Assembly: GCF_009914755.1 (NCBI RefSeq)
Contig: NC_060947.1
Source of the DNA: the human T2T-CHM13v2.0 reference genome, Homo sapiens
Direction: 5' to 3' (one strand)
Length of the DNA stretch: 64,000 bases
Shown here one piece after another: positions 1 through 13,700 of the stretch. How positions within the stretch are numbered: the first letter of the stretch is position 1; every line of letters begins with the position of its first letter. The position numbers and the translations under genes are program-made. The notes beneath the pieces are model-generated. The model did not search any database. It was given only the letters and a program-made list of their open reading frames with translations, and was not told the DNA's origin.

Positions 1-120
1 TTTCCTCTGACCCGGGGCAGATCCAGAAATGCTACCCAAGAGTCAAGTTCCAGAATAAGAATCCCCTGTGGCCAAGCTAGTAAATTAAGTGCCAAACAAA
101 GTCCTCTTTACTTACTTTAC

Positions 121-3100
121 TGTAGCCTAAGAATATACTTGATATAATTTTTGTTAAAAATTATTTCATAGGCTACCATTTGATCTGTCTTGGAGAATGT
201 TCTGTGTGCTGATTAAAGGAATGTATATTCTATACTTTTTGGATAGAATATTCTATAAATGCCTGTGAAGTCTGTTAAGTCCATTTGGTCTAAAGTCCTA
301 TTTAAGCCCAATGTTTATTTGTTAATTTTATGTCTCAGTGATCTGTCTAGTGCTGTCAGAGGGGCATTGAAGGCCCATATTAGTCTTATATTACTGTGTA
401 TCACTTTCTTTAGGCCTAGTAATATTTGTTTTGTGAAATTTGGGTGTTTCAATATTAGGTTCATATGTATTTAAAATTGTTATCACCTCTAATTTGATTG
501 ATTGCTGTATCATTGTATAATGACCTTCTTTGTCTTTTTGTGGTATTTTTTAGTTACAGTGCGTTTTACGTGATATAAGTGTAGCTACTCCTGCCTGCTT
601 TTGGTTTTCATTTGCATGGAATATCTTTTTCTAGCCTTTACTTCATTCTATATATATGACTTTAGAGGAAAGGTGAGTTTTATCTAAACAGCATATAGTT
701 GGATCACGTGTTTTAAATCCATTCTGCAAATTTATATCTTTCAAGCGTGGTATTTTATCTACTTATATTCAAGTTTAATATTAATATGTGAGGCTTTGTT
801 CCTGTAATATTACTGGTTGTGTTCAATTGTTTTGTAAATTATTTGTTTATTTTTCTCTTTTTGTCTTTGTGATTTGATCATATCTTGTAATGTTACCATT
901 TGATTTCTTTCTCTTCCTTTTTGGTTACTGTTTTACAAAACCTGTGAGTTTTATGTTTCTTTGTGTTTCGTGATGGTGAATATCAACCTTTCATTTTAAT
1001 GTTGAAGACCCCTTTGATCATTTTCTTAATGTTGGCTTAATGGTGACAGTTTCCCTCAGCATTTTGTTGCCTGGGAAAGACTATTTTTCCTCCATTTGTG
1101 AAGCTTATTCTGGCAGGACTTAAAATTCATGTTTGACAGTTTTTTTTTTTTTTCCTTTTAGCACTTCAAAGTGTAATGCTATTCTCTTTTGACCTTTAAA
1201 GTTTCTGCTGAAAAGTCTGCTGTTAGTCTAATGGAGCTTCCCTTATATGTTACCAGACACTTTTCTCTTGCTAATCTTAAAATTATTTATTTTACTTTGA
1301 CTTTAGACATTCTGAATATAATATGCCAAGTTTAAGACCTTTTTACAGTGTATTTTATTGCAGATCATTGGGCCTTCTGTATCTGGATGTCTAACTCTCT
1401 TGCTGGGCTTAGAAAGCTTTTGTTGATTATTTCCTCAGATTTTCTAAACTTTTTGATCACTCTGCTCCCACAGAAATACCAATATTTTGCAAATTTGGTC
1501 ACTTTATTGAGTCATAAATTTCTTGAAGGCTTTGTTTATTTATTTTTATTGACTTTAAAAAAATTCTGACTGACTCATCTTCAAGTTCTGAGATTCTTCT
1601 GCTTTCTCTATTCTATTACAAAAGCTTTCTAATGTATTTTGTATGTCCTTCAACTCAATGATTTTTTTTTATTTTTAGAAATTCTGTTTTATAAGATATC
1701 TCCTTGGTAAATTTCTCATTTATATTTTGAATTAATTTTCTGGGTTTTTTTTTGTATTTTTTTCATGTTTCTCTTACATCTTATTGAACTCCTTAAAATC
1801 AATATTTTGTATTTATATCTGGCATTTTGAGGAATTCTTGATTAGGATCTATTGCTGGACACTTGTTGTGATACTTTAGTGGTGTCATAATGCCCTGCTT
1901 TTACATGTTTCCTGTGTTCTTTCATTAACATTTGCACATCAGTAGTAGCTATTGTTTGTTCCAATTCTTTAAAATTGCTTTTCTTGGAGAGAATTTTTTC
2001 TGAAAATGTATATAATTATTGGTTGAATAGGACACTTTGGCTTTGATTATGGGTTCCTGCAGTAATGTGATCTTTGTATGACTTCTTTAGCAGTACATGG
2101 GGTCAGTGGTGTGTGTGATTTTTTTTCAGCAGCTAACAGTACATTTATTTGATACTGTGGTAAAGATTTGATGGGAACTTGAATGCCCACTGAGCCAGTT
2201 CTTGCGCCCTGGTAGTGGCAGCAGAAAGCTAACTGTGCCTGTTTTTAAGACCAAAAACAGCTTATGCTGGCTCTGATGTTAGTGGGTCCTGGAGGGCTGA
2301 TTATTGGGCCCCGAGATTGCTTGCTTAGACATTTAATTGTGGGAGTGGTGGGCTGGCGTGTGGGCAATATGTCAGGTCCCTGAGTAGGTGGTGTGGTGTG
2401 GGTAATGGCAGTAACAGTGGTGGAGCAATCCACTGGAATGCAAGCAACCTGTGCTGGTGTTGCTGATAGCTGTGATATGTTGGTCAGACTTGTCCCCAGT
2501 CCCACACATGCCTGTAGTAAGGCAGTGGGTACTGTCCTCAGTATCCTTAGGAGAGCTTACCATCTACTGTCTCTCCCCCAGTTGGGTGGTGCTTACAGCC
2601 ATATCACCTCAAAGTCAGCCCAAGGGAGGGACACAGCTCAGCAATAAACTCTCCAATTGGTGTCGTCTTTGGGCCTGTGACCATAGATAGCGTGTCTCTT
2701 CAGGTGATCAGCAAGGGCAAGAAGCTTTGGGGAGTGCAGTATGCTTCTATGTCAGTCTCACAGCAGTCTGTTGCAGGGTAGTGGGTATTGTCTTAGATAT
2801 GTGGTTAAAAAAAACAAAAACTAAAAAAAAACCCAAAAAACCTGGTTTTCCTGTTTTGCAACAGCTAGGCAGCAGCTACAGTCATATCGACTTGAACTTG
2901 GACTGATGGTGGGCTCAGCCCAGTATTAAACTATCAAAATGGTGCTTTGGGCCTGCAACAAGGAGTGTGGGGCCCCTGCTAGGCAGGCAGAATGAGCAAG
3001 AAGCCATGGAGAGTATGGTTTGCTTGTGTCTTTGTCTCACAGAAGCCCATTGAAGGCAGTGAGTGTTGTCATAAATATGTGTAGGAGAGCCAGGTTTCCT

Positions 3101-3800
3101 TGTCCCTCCTTGGCCATGTGGTGGCTACAGGTGTGTCTGCCCAAACAATCCTGAGGGTAGGGCACAACCCAACATCAAACTCTCAAAATGATGCCTTGGG
3201 CCTGGGACCAAAGGAGGTGAGTCCCCTCCCAGACAAGCAACTTGGGCAGGAAACTGGAAAATGCAGTCCACTCATGTCTCAGTCTCAACAGCAGCAAAGT
3301 AGTAGGAATTATCTCAGGGGTCTATGGGAGCACCCAGTCTTCCCACTCCCTCCTTGGAGCAGTGCAGTGGCAGCACCCATGTCTATGGCTAGGATCTCAA
3401 AATGGCACCAATCTGAAGCTGCTCTAGGTTTTGGTGCCTGTAGGATTCTGTTTGGGTTCTTTTACTAGAGATATGTCTCTGTGCAAGATTTAGGCAGCTC
3501 CGTATGTCAGTCATGGGGCCCTAGTGGATCAAGGAAAGTTTCTCCTATAGCCAAGACTGTAAAAGCCCGTTTTGGAGTGTGGATCCCTGGAGAGTCCTCT
3601 CTTACTGTTTTCCTGAATCCAAGAGCCTCTCCTGGCTCTCAGCCATTCCCTGACCTGGCAAGCTGCCTCAAACCTTCTCTTTACTTCTGGCATTTCCTGT
3701 CACTTCTCTGATAAATTCTGGCATTCTCTTCTACACAATCTATTTGAAATATACCTCCTTACTATTCAGTTTCTTTTTCATTGAGGAGGCACATGCTATA
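121..3800 (-). mobile_element. Old LINE-1 (L1M/L1MA-type): ORF2 endonuclease region, ORF1 and long GC-richer 5' UTR
   Basis: Antisense L1 EN-region text (e.g. 'ggagaatgttctgtgtgctgattaaaggaatgtatattct'), ORF1-type T-rich sequence, then a repeated 5' UTR from ~2200 to 3790; no intact ORFs. Confidence 0.8.
2490..3420 (-). repeat. Degenerate ~250-bp tandem monomers in the L1 5' UTR
   Basis: Anchor 'aaact(c/a)tc(c/a)aa(t/a)tg(g/a)tg...ttgggcctg' recurs at ~2646, ~2928 and ~3177, each followed by '...gtctca(a)cag'. Confidence 0.7.
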
Positions 3801-3814
3801 TCAAAAAATCTTAA

Positions 3815-3980
3815 TCCAAAAGAGTATATTTCAAACATTCTTATCACAAAAAAGTAACAAGCAGGAGAGGTGATTTATATGCTAATTAGCCTGATTTAAC
3901 GTTTCTGCAATGTATACATATATTAAAACATCACATATGCCACATAAATATATGCAATCATTTGTCAGTTGAAAAATAAT
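3815..3980 (+). mobile_element. L1MA-type 3' end fragment
   Basis: 'gaggtgatttatatgctaattagcctgatttaac...tgtatacatatattaaaacatcac' ending in an A-rich tail. Confidence 0.7.
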
Positions 3981-4249
3981 GATGCTTGTATAGCATGTAA
4001 CCCTTGAGTTAAGCACTATTTTAAAATATATGTAATTAAACATTTAGTTTTAACGTAAATGTAGATTCACATACAGATTTAAGAGACAATTCAGAGAGAT
4101 TCCATGTATCCTTTACCAAGTTTTTCCCAATGGTAACATCTTGCAAATCTACCGTATTACAACTATGATATAGACATGAATACAGTCAACATACAGAATA
4201 GTTCCATCACCATAAGAATCCCTCATATTGCCATTTTGTAGCCACGCCC

Positions 4250-6278
4250 TGTGTGAATACAGTGTGATGTTTTAATAGTTGTATAAATTGTATTTAATGT
4301 ATTTTATACATTGTATTTAATATTTTATACATTTTATACATTGTATAATGATCAAATCAGGGTATTTAGCATATCAATCACCTCAAATATTTATCATTTC
4401 TTTGTGGTGACAACATTCAAAATCCTCTCTTGTAACTATTTTGAAATCTACAATATAGTATTGTTAATTATACTCACCATATTGTACAATGGAACCTGAA
4501 AACTTATTTCTTATATCTAACTGTAACATTGTACCCATTGACCAGTCTCTCCACCCCTATTACCCTTTCCCTCTGCAGCCTCTGGTAACCACTATTCTAC
4601 TCTCTACTTCTATGAGATCAAATATTGTAGATATCACAAATCAGTGATATCATGCAGTATTTGTCTTTCTGATCAGTGGAACAGAACAGGGAACCTAGCC
4701 ATCTAATTTTTTTTTTTTTTTTACAAACACACCAATAACTTACATTGGGGAAAGGACAGTCTCATCAATTAAAGATGCCAGAAAAACTGAATAACTATAT
4801 GCAGAAGAAGCAAACCAGATTCCTATGTCTTGCCATACAAAAAATCAACTCAAATTGGATTGAATACTTAAATCTAAGACTGCAAACTATGAAACTATTA
4901 GAAAAATAGGAGAAATGTTACAGGACATTGATTTATGAATAAAGATTTATTGAGGAAGACCTCAAAAGCACAGGCAACAAAAGAAAGATTGAACAAATGA
5001 AATGACTTCAAGCTAAATAGCATCTGACGGGCAAAGGAAACTATCAACGGTGTGAAAAGACAACCTATAGAATGGGAGAGAATACAGTTGATCCTTGAAC
5101 AATGCAGCAATTAGGGGTGCCAGACTCCCACCTCCTGTGCAGTTGAAAATCTGCAATTGACTTTTGACTCCCCTAAAACTTAAATATTGATAGCCTACTG
5201 TTGACCAGAAGCCTTACTGATAACATAAACAGTCAATCAACACATAGTTCGTATGATATATGTATTATATACTGCACCCTTAAAACAAGATTAGCTAGAG
5301 AAAAGAAAATTTTATTTAAACAGTTATAAGAAAGAGAAAATATATTTACAATACTGTATTGTATGTATAGATACTGCAAGTTTACATTTTCTGTTTTTAC
5401 AAGATGAATCATCTGTGTGAAATGGTGGGCAACCATAGCTGCAGATCTCAATCTGCTGTGTACATCAAGTAAATCAACTTTGTCTTACAATGACGTGACT
5501 TTTCTCTGATCCTTGAGAACACTTCCAGCATCACGAATTGCACTTCATATGGGTCTCCCATGGTGATATTCAAGGTTTATAGCGTTGCACTAAACATGAT
5601 TAGAAAAAAGATGTGAAAACAATAAGAGATCACTTTTTACTGCTATACACAATTTACTGGAGAGATGAACTACTCATATGCAGATGATTAGAATCACACT
5701 GCATTTTAAGGGGATTATCACAAAACTTGAGGTCACCATGGTAGCAACAGGAGGTGACTACAAAATTAATACAATAGTACAGTAAGTACTACAGTAGTTT
5801 TATGTAGTTATAACTTAACGCTGCATCTTTATGCTTGTTTACATTTCTCTCAACTGCAAATTATGTTGTTTATAGTATGTTAATGTTTGTGTGCCTAAGT
5901 TTTGATAAATTTTAACTTTTATAATAGATTTGTGTATATTTTATACTAGTGCATGATAAACTAGATTAATGTCTACATATATTTTATGCATTCATGACAT
6001 AACTTTCTACTTTCTGCAGTTTGACTGAGATTTTTTTTTCAAATTGTTTCAAGCCTCCAAAAGAGTGTCCAATATATTTATTTTTTAAAAATCTGCATAT
6101 AAGTAGACCTGTGCAGTTCAAACCCATGCTAGTCAAGAATTAACTGTATTTATGTATTGTGCATCTGACAGGGGATTAATATTCAGTATGTGTAAAAAGC
6201 TAAAAAATTCAATAACAAAAATAAATAATTTGATTAAAAAATAGGCAAATGACTTGAATATACATTTCTCAAAAGAAG
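4250..6278. mobile_element. L1MA-type insertion with inversion (3' end on minus 4250-4671, ORF2 segment on plus 4672-6278)
   Basis: Strand switch at '...atttgtctttctg|atcagtggaacag'; plus-strand ORF2 C-terminal sequence continues across the Tigger insertion. Confidence 0.7.
5085..6146. mobile_element. Tigger2-family (Tigger2b-like) non-autonomous Tc1/mariner DNA transposon
   Basis: Termini 'cagttgatccttgaac' and 'gtcaagaattaactg' are imperfect inverted repeats; TA duplication at 5083-5084 and 6147-6148; host L1 rejoins as 'gggagagaata|tttatgtattgtgcatctgac'. Confidence 0.88.
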
Positions 6279-7358
6279 GCAGGTTTAATTTTGTAAGAAA
6301 TTGCCGAACTTTTTTCCAAAGTGACTGTAACATTTTTATTCCCAATAGCAGTTGGGATGAGTGATTCAGTTTCTCTGCATCCTTGCCAGCATTTGATGTT
6401 GTCACGATTTTTTATTATAGTCATTATGTTAGGTGTGTTTCATGATATCTCATGTGTTTTTAAACTGCATTTCCCTGATGGTTAATGGTGTTGTACAGCT
6501 CTTCATATGATTATTTACCATCTGTATATCTGCAGTAAAATGCATCTTCATGACTTTTGCCTATATTCTACTTGAATTGTTTACATTTTCATGTTTGAGT
6601 TTTGAGGGTTCTTTAAATATTCTAGATAGTAGTCCACTGTCATATATGTGCTTTACTAGTATTTTCCCCAGTCTTTTAGCTTGTCTTTTCAGTCTCTTAA
6701 CAGAGTCTTTCACAAAGCAAAAGTTTTAATTTTCATAAAGACCAATTTACCAATTTTTCATGGAGTGTGTTTTTGGAACATAATTAAAAAACTCTTTGCC
6801 TAGCCCTAGATTCAAAAAATTTTTTCATATGCATTTTGATAAATGTTTTATAGTTTTACATTTTATATTTAAGTCCATGATCCATTTTTGAGTTCATTTT
6901 TATATAAGGTATGAGACAGGTAGAGTTTCATTTCCTTTTTTGGCCTATGAATGTCCAGTTTCTCCAGCACCATATGTTGAAAAGAATACCCTCCTTCCAT
7001 TGAATTGATTTTGCACTTCTGTGAAAAATCAAATGAGTATGTTAATCCAGATTTGTTTCAGGGTTCGCTATTGTGTTTTACTGATATGTGCCAAATTCAC
7101 AACCAATAGCACAGACTCTATCACCATATATAATAAGCCTTGAAGTCAAGAACACTGGTTCTTCTCACTGTATTCTTTTTCAAATAGTTTTATCTATTCT
7201 AGATCTTTTTCCTTTTCATATTCAATTTAGAATAATCTTGTTTATACTTATGAGAAAACATTTTGGGGTTTTTATAATAATTATATTTAACCTACATAAA
7301 ATTCGGGGTAGAGTGGACATCTTTATTATGTTTGAGTCTAACCATCATTGGGCATATG

Positions 7359-7724
7359 TGTTATGGTTTGAGTATTTTTCGTCTTCGAAAATTCTTGTTG
7401 AAATTTGATCCCCAATGTAATGTTGTTGAGAGATGTGGCCTTTGGGAGGCAATTGAGTAATGATGGCTTCATATTCATGAATGGGATGAGGTGCTCTTCT
7501 CATAAAAGGGCTTTATGGAGGACATTCACCCTTTTTGGCCCTTCTGTTCCTTCCACCATGTGAGGACATGACACCATCTTGGAAATAGAAACACTGGGCC
7601 CTTAACATCTGATGCCTTCATTTTGGACTCCACAGCCTCCAGGACGGTGACAAATTTCTGTTATGTATAAATTACCTAGTCCGTGATACTTTGTTATAGC
7701 AGCACAACCAGACTGAGTGAGACA
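7359..7724 (+). mobile_element. MaLR solo LTR (MLT1A/MSTC-like)
   Basis: Starts 'tgttatggtttgag', ends 'ttgttatagcagcacaaccagactgagtgagaca'; 'catatg' present at both junctions. Confidence 0.8.
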
Positions 7725-10700
7725 TATGTCTCTCCATTTATTTAGACAGTTTTTATTTCTGTCTTCTCCATTGTGTACATTTCCATATACAAATTCTGTA
7801 CTTGCTTTGTAAGACTTATATCTAAGTATTTCACTTTTTTAGCAACTGTAAGTGATATTGTATTTTCGATTTTACTGTCTACATGCTCATTGCTAGCATG
7901 TAGAAATACAATTGATTTTTGCTTTTACTTATATCCTACAATCCTGTTGAAATTACTTATACATTCTATGAGGGTTTTTTTGTAGATTACTTGGAGTATT
8001 ATATATAGACAATAATGCCGTCCCAAATAAGGATAGCTTTATTTCTTCTTTTTTGATTTATATGTCCTTTATTTTCTTTACTTGCCTCACTGCACTGTCT
8101 AGGACTCTTATTACTATGTTGAATGAGAATTGTTAAAGTGGACAACCTTGCATCATCCATAATCTTACTAGAAAACATTTAGTAATAGGCCATTAATAAT
8201 AATGTTAGAGGTAATTTTGTGTTGATAATTTTAAAGTAAGTTAAATGTGATATTTTCTCGTTCTGTTTTCCTGAGAGTATCATGAATGGCATTGAATTTT
8301 GTCAGATGCTTTTTTCTTCATTGATTGATATGTTTGTGTGATCTTTTCTCTTTAGGCTTTTAATATGATGGATTACATTAATTGATTTTTTCATACTGCA
8401 CCAGGCTTGCATACCTAGATCAAACTTCTTTTGCTCATGGTGAATAATTCACTTTTCTATATCGCTGAATTCTGTTTGCTAATATACGTTAAGGATGTTT
8501 ACATCTGTATTCATGAAGGAGATTGAGCTATAGTTTTCTTATGTTTGTTGTTTTTTGTTTCAGGATAATATTTGCTTCCTAAAATATATAGAAAAGATTT
8601 AATTTTTCTGTACATGTTTAATAGCTTGCTCCAGTAAAATGATCTTTACTTGATTTTCATGAGGATATTTAAAATACCAATTAAAGTTCATTAATAAACT
8701 AATTGAAATATTAAAATTATATTATTTCAAATTGAGTAAGTTGTGGTAGTTTTGTTTCTCAAAGAATGGATACTTTTTACCTAATTATTCAAATTTATGT
8801 GTTTAGTTATGTTTATAGATTCCCCTTATTTTGATGTCTTCAGGGTCTATATTGAAATCTTCTCTTTTATTCATTATATATATATATATTTCTTTATCAT
8901 TCTTGCTAGAGATTGGACAATTTTATTACTTTTTTGGAAAATCAAATCTTTTTTTATATTGTTTTTCTGTTTTCAATTCTGTATTTTTCTCCCTTTTGAT
9001 TTCTTTGGGTTGATTTTTGTCCTTTTTTCTAGTTTCATGATGTGGAAGCTAAGATTATTGATTCTTCTATTTGTCTATGTGTCTATCTTTATGTCTATGT
9101 GTCTATTTTTATGCTAGAACCATGCTGTTTGGAATACATTGCTTAATAGTAGATTTTGAAGTCAGATAGTGTGATGTCTCAAAGTTTGTTCATTTTGCTC
9201 AGGATTGTTTTGTCTATTCAAGTTCTATTGTGGTTCCATATAAATTTTAAGATTTTTTTTCAATTTCTGTGAAGAATGTCATTGGTATTTAATAGGGATT
9301 GTATTAAGCCCATAGATTGTGTTAGATAGTGTGGCCATTTACAAAATATTAATTCTTCCATTCAATGAACACAGGCTATTATTTCATTTATATCCTCTTC
9401 AATAAATTTTATCTAAGTTTTATAGTTTTCATTGAAGCTATTTTTCACCTACTTGGTTAAGTTTATTCCTAGGTATCTTTTATTTTTACCTGTTATAATT
9501 GAAATGTTTGCTTGCCTTCTTTTTCATGTAGTTAACTATTATTATATAGAAATGTTTCTGATTTTTGTATGTTGAAATGCTTCTGATTTTTATATATATC
9601 CTGCAACTTTATTTAATTTATTAGTTCTAACAGATTTTTGGTGGTGTCTTTAGGGTTTCTATATATAAGAACATGTCCTCTGCAAAATATATATATATAT
9701 ACAATTTGACTTGCTCCTTTTCAATTCAGATGTCTTTTATTTCTCTCTCTTGCCTAATTGCTATGGCTAGGACTGTCAATAGTATGTTGAATGGAAATGG
9801 TGGAAGTTCACATCCTAGTCTTGTTCATAACCTTGGAGGAAGAGTTTTCAGCTTTTCTTCATTCACTATGGTATTAGCTGTGGGTTTGCCAGTTATGGTC
9901 TTTATTCTGCTGGCGTATACAAATTTTATACCTAATTTGTGAGATATTTTACCATCGATTAATGTTGAATTTTTCAATTGCTTTTTCTGCATATATTGAA
10001 ATAATCACATGCTTTTTGTCTTTCTGTTAATGTGTTATATTGCATTTAATAATTTGCCATCCCTACATCCCTGTGGTGAATCCCAATTTGTCAGAGGGAA
10101 TGATCTTTTCAATTTGATTTTGAATTTTGTTTGCTAATATCTTGAGGGATACTGGTTGTAGTTTTCTGGGGTTGTTTTTCTTTTTTTTTTTTTTTTTTTT
10201 TTTTTTGGTGTCCCTGTCAGTCTGAAATCAGGCTAATAATGCTTGTATCTTAAAAGGAGTTTGGAAGTTTTCCCTCCCCTTCAACTCTCTAATTAGTTTA
10301 AAGAGACTTGATATTCTTTATATGTTCAGTAGAATTCAGAAGTGAAGTCATTAGGCCTTGGGATTTGCTTTGATAAATGGCTTTTTATTACTATTTCAAT
10401 TTTCTGAGTCATTATTGGTCCATTCATATTTTCTATTTCCTCATATTTTAATATTGGTATATTGTATGTGCCCAGGAATTTATCCATTTCTTCTGTTGCC
10501 AATTTTGTTGGCATATAATTGTTCACTATCGTCTCTTAAAATTCTTTGTATTTGTTATTAATTGTAATACCTATGTTTTATCTATGATTTTATTATTTGA
10601 ATCTTCTGTTTTTTTAGTGTAGCTAATAGTTCATCGATTTTATCTTTTCAAAAAGCCCATTCTATAATTTGTTGATCTCATCTATTATTTTTCTAGTATC

Positions 10701-13700
10701 TGTTTTATGTATTTCTATGTGGAAATTTGTTTTCTTCTTTCTATCAATTTTGCATTAAGCTTCTTTTTGTTTTTTCTAGTTCCTTGATGTGTATCATCAG
10801 GTTGTTAGAAATATTTCTTCTTTTCTGTTGTAAATGTTTATTGCTATAATTTTTTCTCTACATACTGCTTTTCCTGTGTCCCGTAGGAACAACCAATGGT
10901 TGCTGAAACAATGGTTCTTAAAGCACATTGCTTAATTTCCATGTATTTTATAAAGTTTTCAAAGGTTTTCTTGCTGTTAATTTCTAATTTTATAACATTG
11001 TGGTCAAAACAATAAATAATATGGTTCCAACATTCTTAAATATGTTAAGACTTGTTTTGTAGCCTAACACTTGATCTATCCTGAAGAATGTTTCGTGTAA
11101 AATTGAGAATAATGTATATTTGGTAGCTGTTGGGTGAAACGTTCTGTAAATATTTGTTAAGTTTATTTGCTCTGTGGTGCAGTTTAAGTCTGATGTTTAT
11201 TTGCTGATATTTAGAGTAGATGATTTATTCATTGTTGAATGTAGTGTGTTGTAACAGCTATTACTATTGCAGTGTATCTCTCTTTTTAATTCTAATATTT
11301 GCTTTATGATTCTGGGTGCTCCAGTTTTTGGTGCATATATGTATTTAATTATTTTATCCTCTGTTGAATTGATCCCTTGATTATTATAATTTGAATTTCT
11401 TTGTACCTTTTCATAGTTTTTGACTTAAAGTTATTTTATCTGATATTAGTATAGGTACTCCTGCTTGCTTTTGATTTCTATTTTTTCTATCTGCATATAA
11501 TATGTTTTTTATTCCTTCACTTTCAATCTATGTGCATTTAACAGTGAGGTGAGTCTCTTGTGGGCAGTAGGGTTTTATATATTCAGCCACTTTGTATATT
11601 TTAATTATTGAATTTAATCCATTTGAAGTCAAGTTTATTATTGATCAATAAGAGCTTACTCCTGCCATTTTGTTGTTTTCTGGCTGTTTTGTAGAATCTT
11701 TGTTCTTTTCTTCCTGTCTTGTTGTTTACCTCTGTGGTTTGGTGGTTTCAGTGGTTTTTAAGCTGTTTCCCATTGCCCTTTTTTGTTTGTGTATCTGCTT
11801 TTTAAAAAATTTTTTTATAGTTAACATGGAGCAAACTTAAAGAATATTGTAGTGATAGTAAGCTTTCTGAAGCTGATAGCCACAGAACTTTGGTAACATG
11901 TAAACATTCTAGACTTTTCCTCTATCCCCTACAATTTATATTTTTGTTGCCTTAATTTACCTCTTTATCTATTGTGGGTTTCTTAGGTACTAATTGCAGC
12001 TGTTGTTGTTTTTGATCATTTTTACTTTAAACCCTTATACTAAAGAATTCAGAGATTTACGTGGCACCATTACATCATTGGGGTATTCTAAGCTTGATTT
12101 ACAAATTTATCTCTACTGGTGAGTTTTAAGCTTTCATGTGTTTTCATGATACTCACTATGATAATTTCATTATCAGTTGTTGTAGTTCAGTAAGCATTTC
12201 TTGTAAGGTCAGTCTAGTGGTGACGAATTCCTTCAGCATTTACTTGTCTGGGAAGGTCTTTATTATTACTTCATTTCTGAAAAATAGCTTTGTGCAAACA
12301 TAGTATTCTTGGATAACAGGTTTTTTCTCCTGTTCTTTGAATATATCATTCTGTTTTCTCCTAGCCTTCAAGGTTTCTGCTGAGAATTCTAGTAGCTCAA
12401 TTCATATTCCCTTATATGTTGGCTTTCTGCTTTTCTCCTGCAGCTTTTAGAAATCTCTCTTTGCCTTTGTCTCTTGAACATTTAATTATAATGCCCCCTG
12501 AAGAGAGTATGTTTGGATTGAATCTAATTGGGAATTTTTGAGCTTCCTGAATCTGGATGTCCACATATCTCCCAGTACTCAGAGTATTTTCTGCTATTAT
12601 TTTTAAAAAATAGGGGTTCTGTGCTTTTCTCCATCATTTTCCTTCTGGAAATCCAGTAGTTCAAGAATTTGTTTAATTAATGTTATCCCTGTAAGTCCTT
12701 TAGGCTTTCTTTATTCTTATTTATTTTTTATCACACTGGATTATTGCAGAAGACCTGTCCTTGGGTATAGAAATTTTTTCTTCTGCTTGCTCTATTCTCT
12801 TATTGAAGCTTTCTGTTTATTTATTCAACTTTTTAGCTCAAATATTTAAGTTTGTTTTGTTAATCTATCTCTTTGTTGATTTTCTTATTGAGATTATTTT
12901 TTTTCTAATTTCATTGAAATATTTGTGTTCTCTCCTATTTCACTGAATTGCGTTATATAATTATATTGAATTCCTTTTGAGGCATGTTATAAATGTTTTT
13001 TTTTTTCCTTTGGGATCTTTTAAGGAAAATATTTTAAAAGTTTTAAATTCTTATTTTAGATTCAGGTGGTACATGTGCATTTTTGTTACAAGGGTATATT
13101 GTGTTGCTGAGGTGTAGCCTTCTATTGATCCTGTCACTCGGATAGTTAATATAGTACCTAATAAGTACTATATTAAACTTAATATAATAAAAACTTCATA
13201 AGAAGTTTTTCAGGCCTTGCCCTCATCCATCCCTCCTTTCTTTTGGAGTCCCCGGTGTCTACTGTTCCCGTCTTTATGTTCAGGTGAACCCATTTTAGCT
13301 CCCACTTATAAATGAGAGTATGTAATATACGATTTTCTGTTTCTATGTTAGTTTGCCAACTGCATCCATATTGATGCAAAAAAAGTAACTTTGTTTTTTA
13401 TGGCTGCACAGTATTCTATGGTGTATATCAACCACATTTTACGTATACAATCCACTATTGATTGGCACCTAGGTTGATTACAAGCCTTTGCTATTGTGTA
13501 CAATGCTGTCAACATACATGGGCATGTGACTTTTTGGTAGAACTATTTATTTTCTCATGGATATATACCTAGTAATGGGATTATTGGGCCAAATTGTAGT
13601 TCTACTTTACATTCTTTGAGAAATCTTTAAACCACTTTCCACAGGAGCTGAGAAACTTTACGTTATGACAAATTATGTATGAGCATTTTCTATCTGTTGC

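Larger units (their letters stand above)
4040..9060 (-). mobile_element. Ancient L1MB/MC/MD-type element, interrupted by younger insertions at 4250-6278 and 7359-7724
   Basis: 3' end text 'gtagattcacatac...cccaatggtaacatcttgcaaa'; antisense ORF2 resumes at ~6279. Confidence 0.7.

Noticed and set aside
7088-9117. Hydrophobic F/I/L-rich ORFs resembling membrane proteins
   Set aside because: Artefacts of translating T-rich antisense L1 sequence
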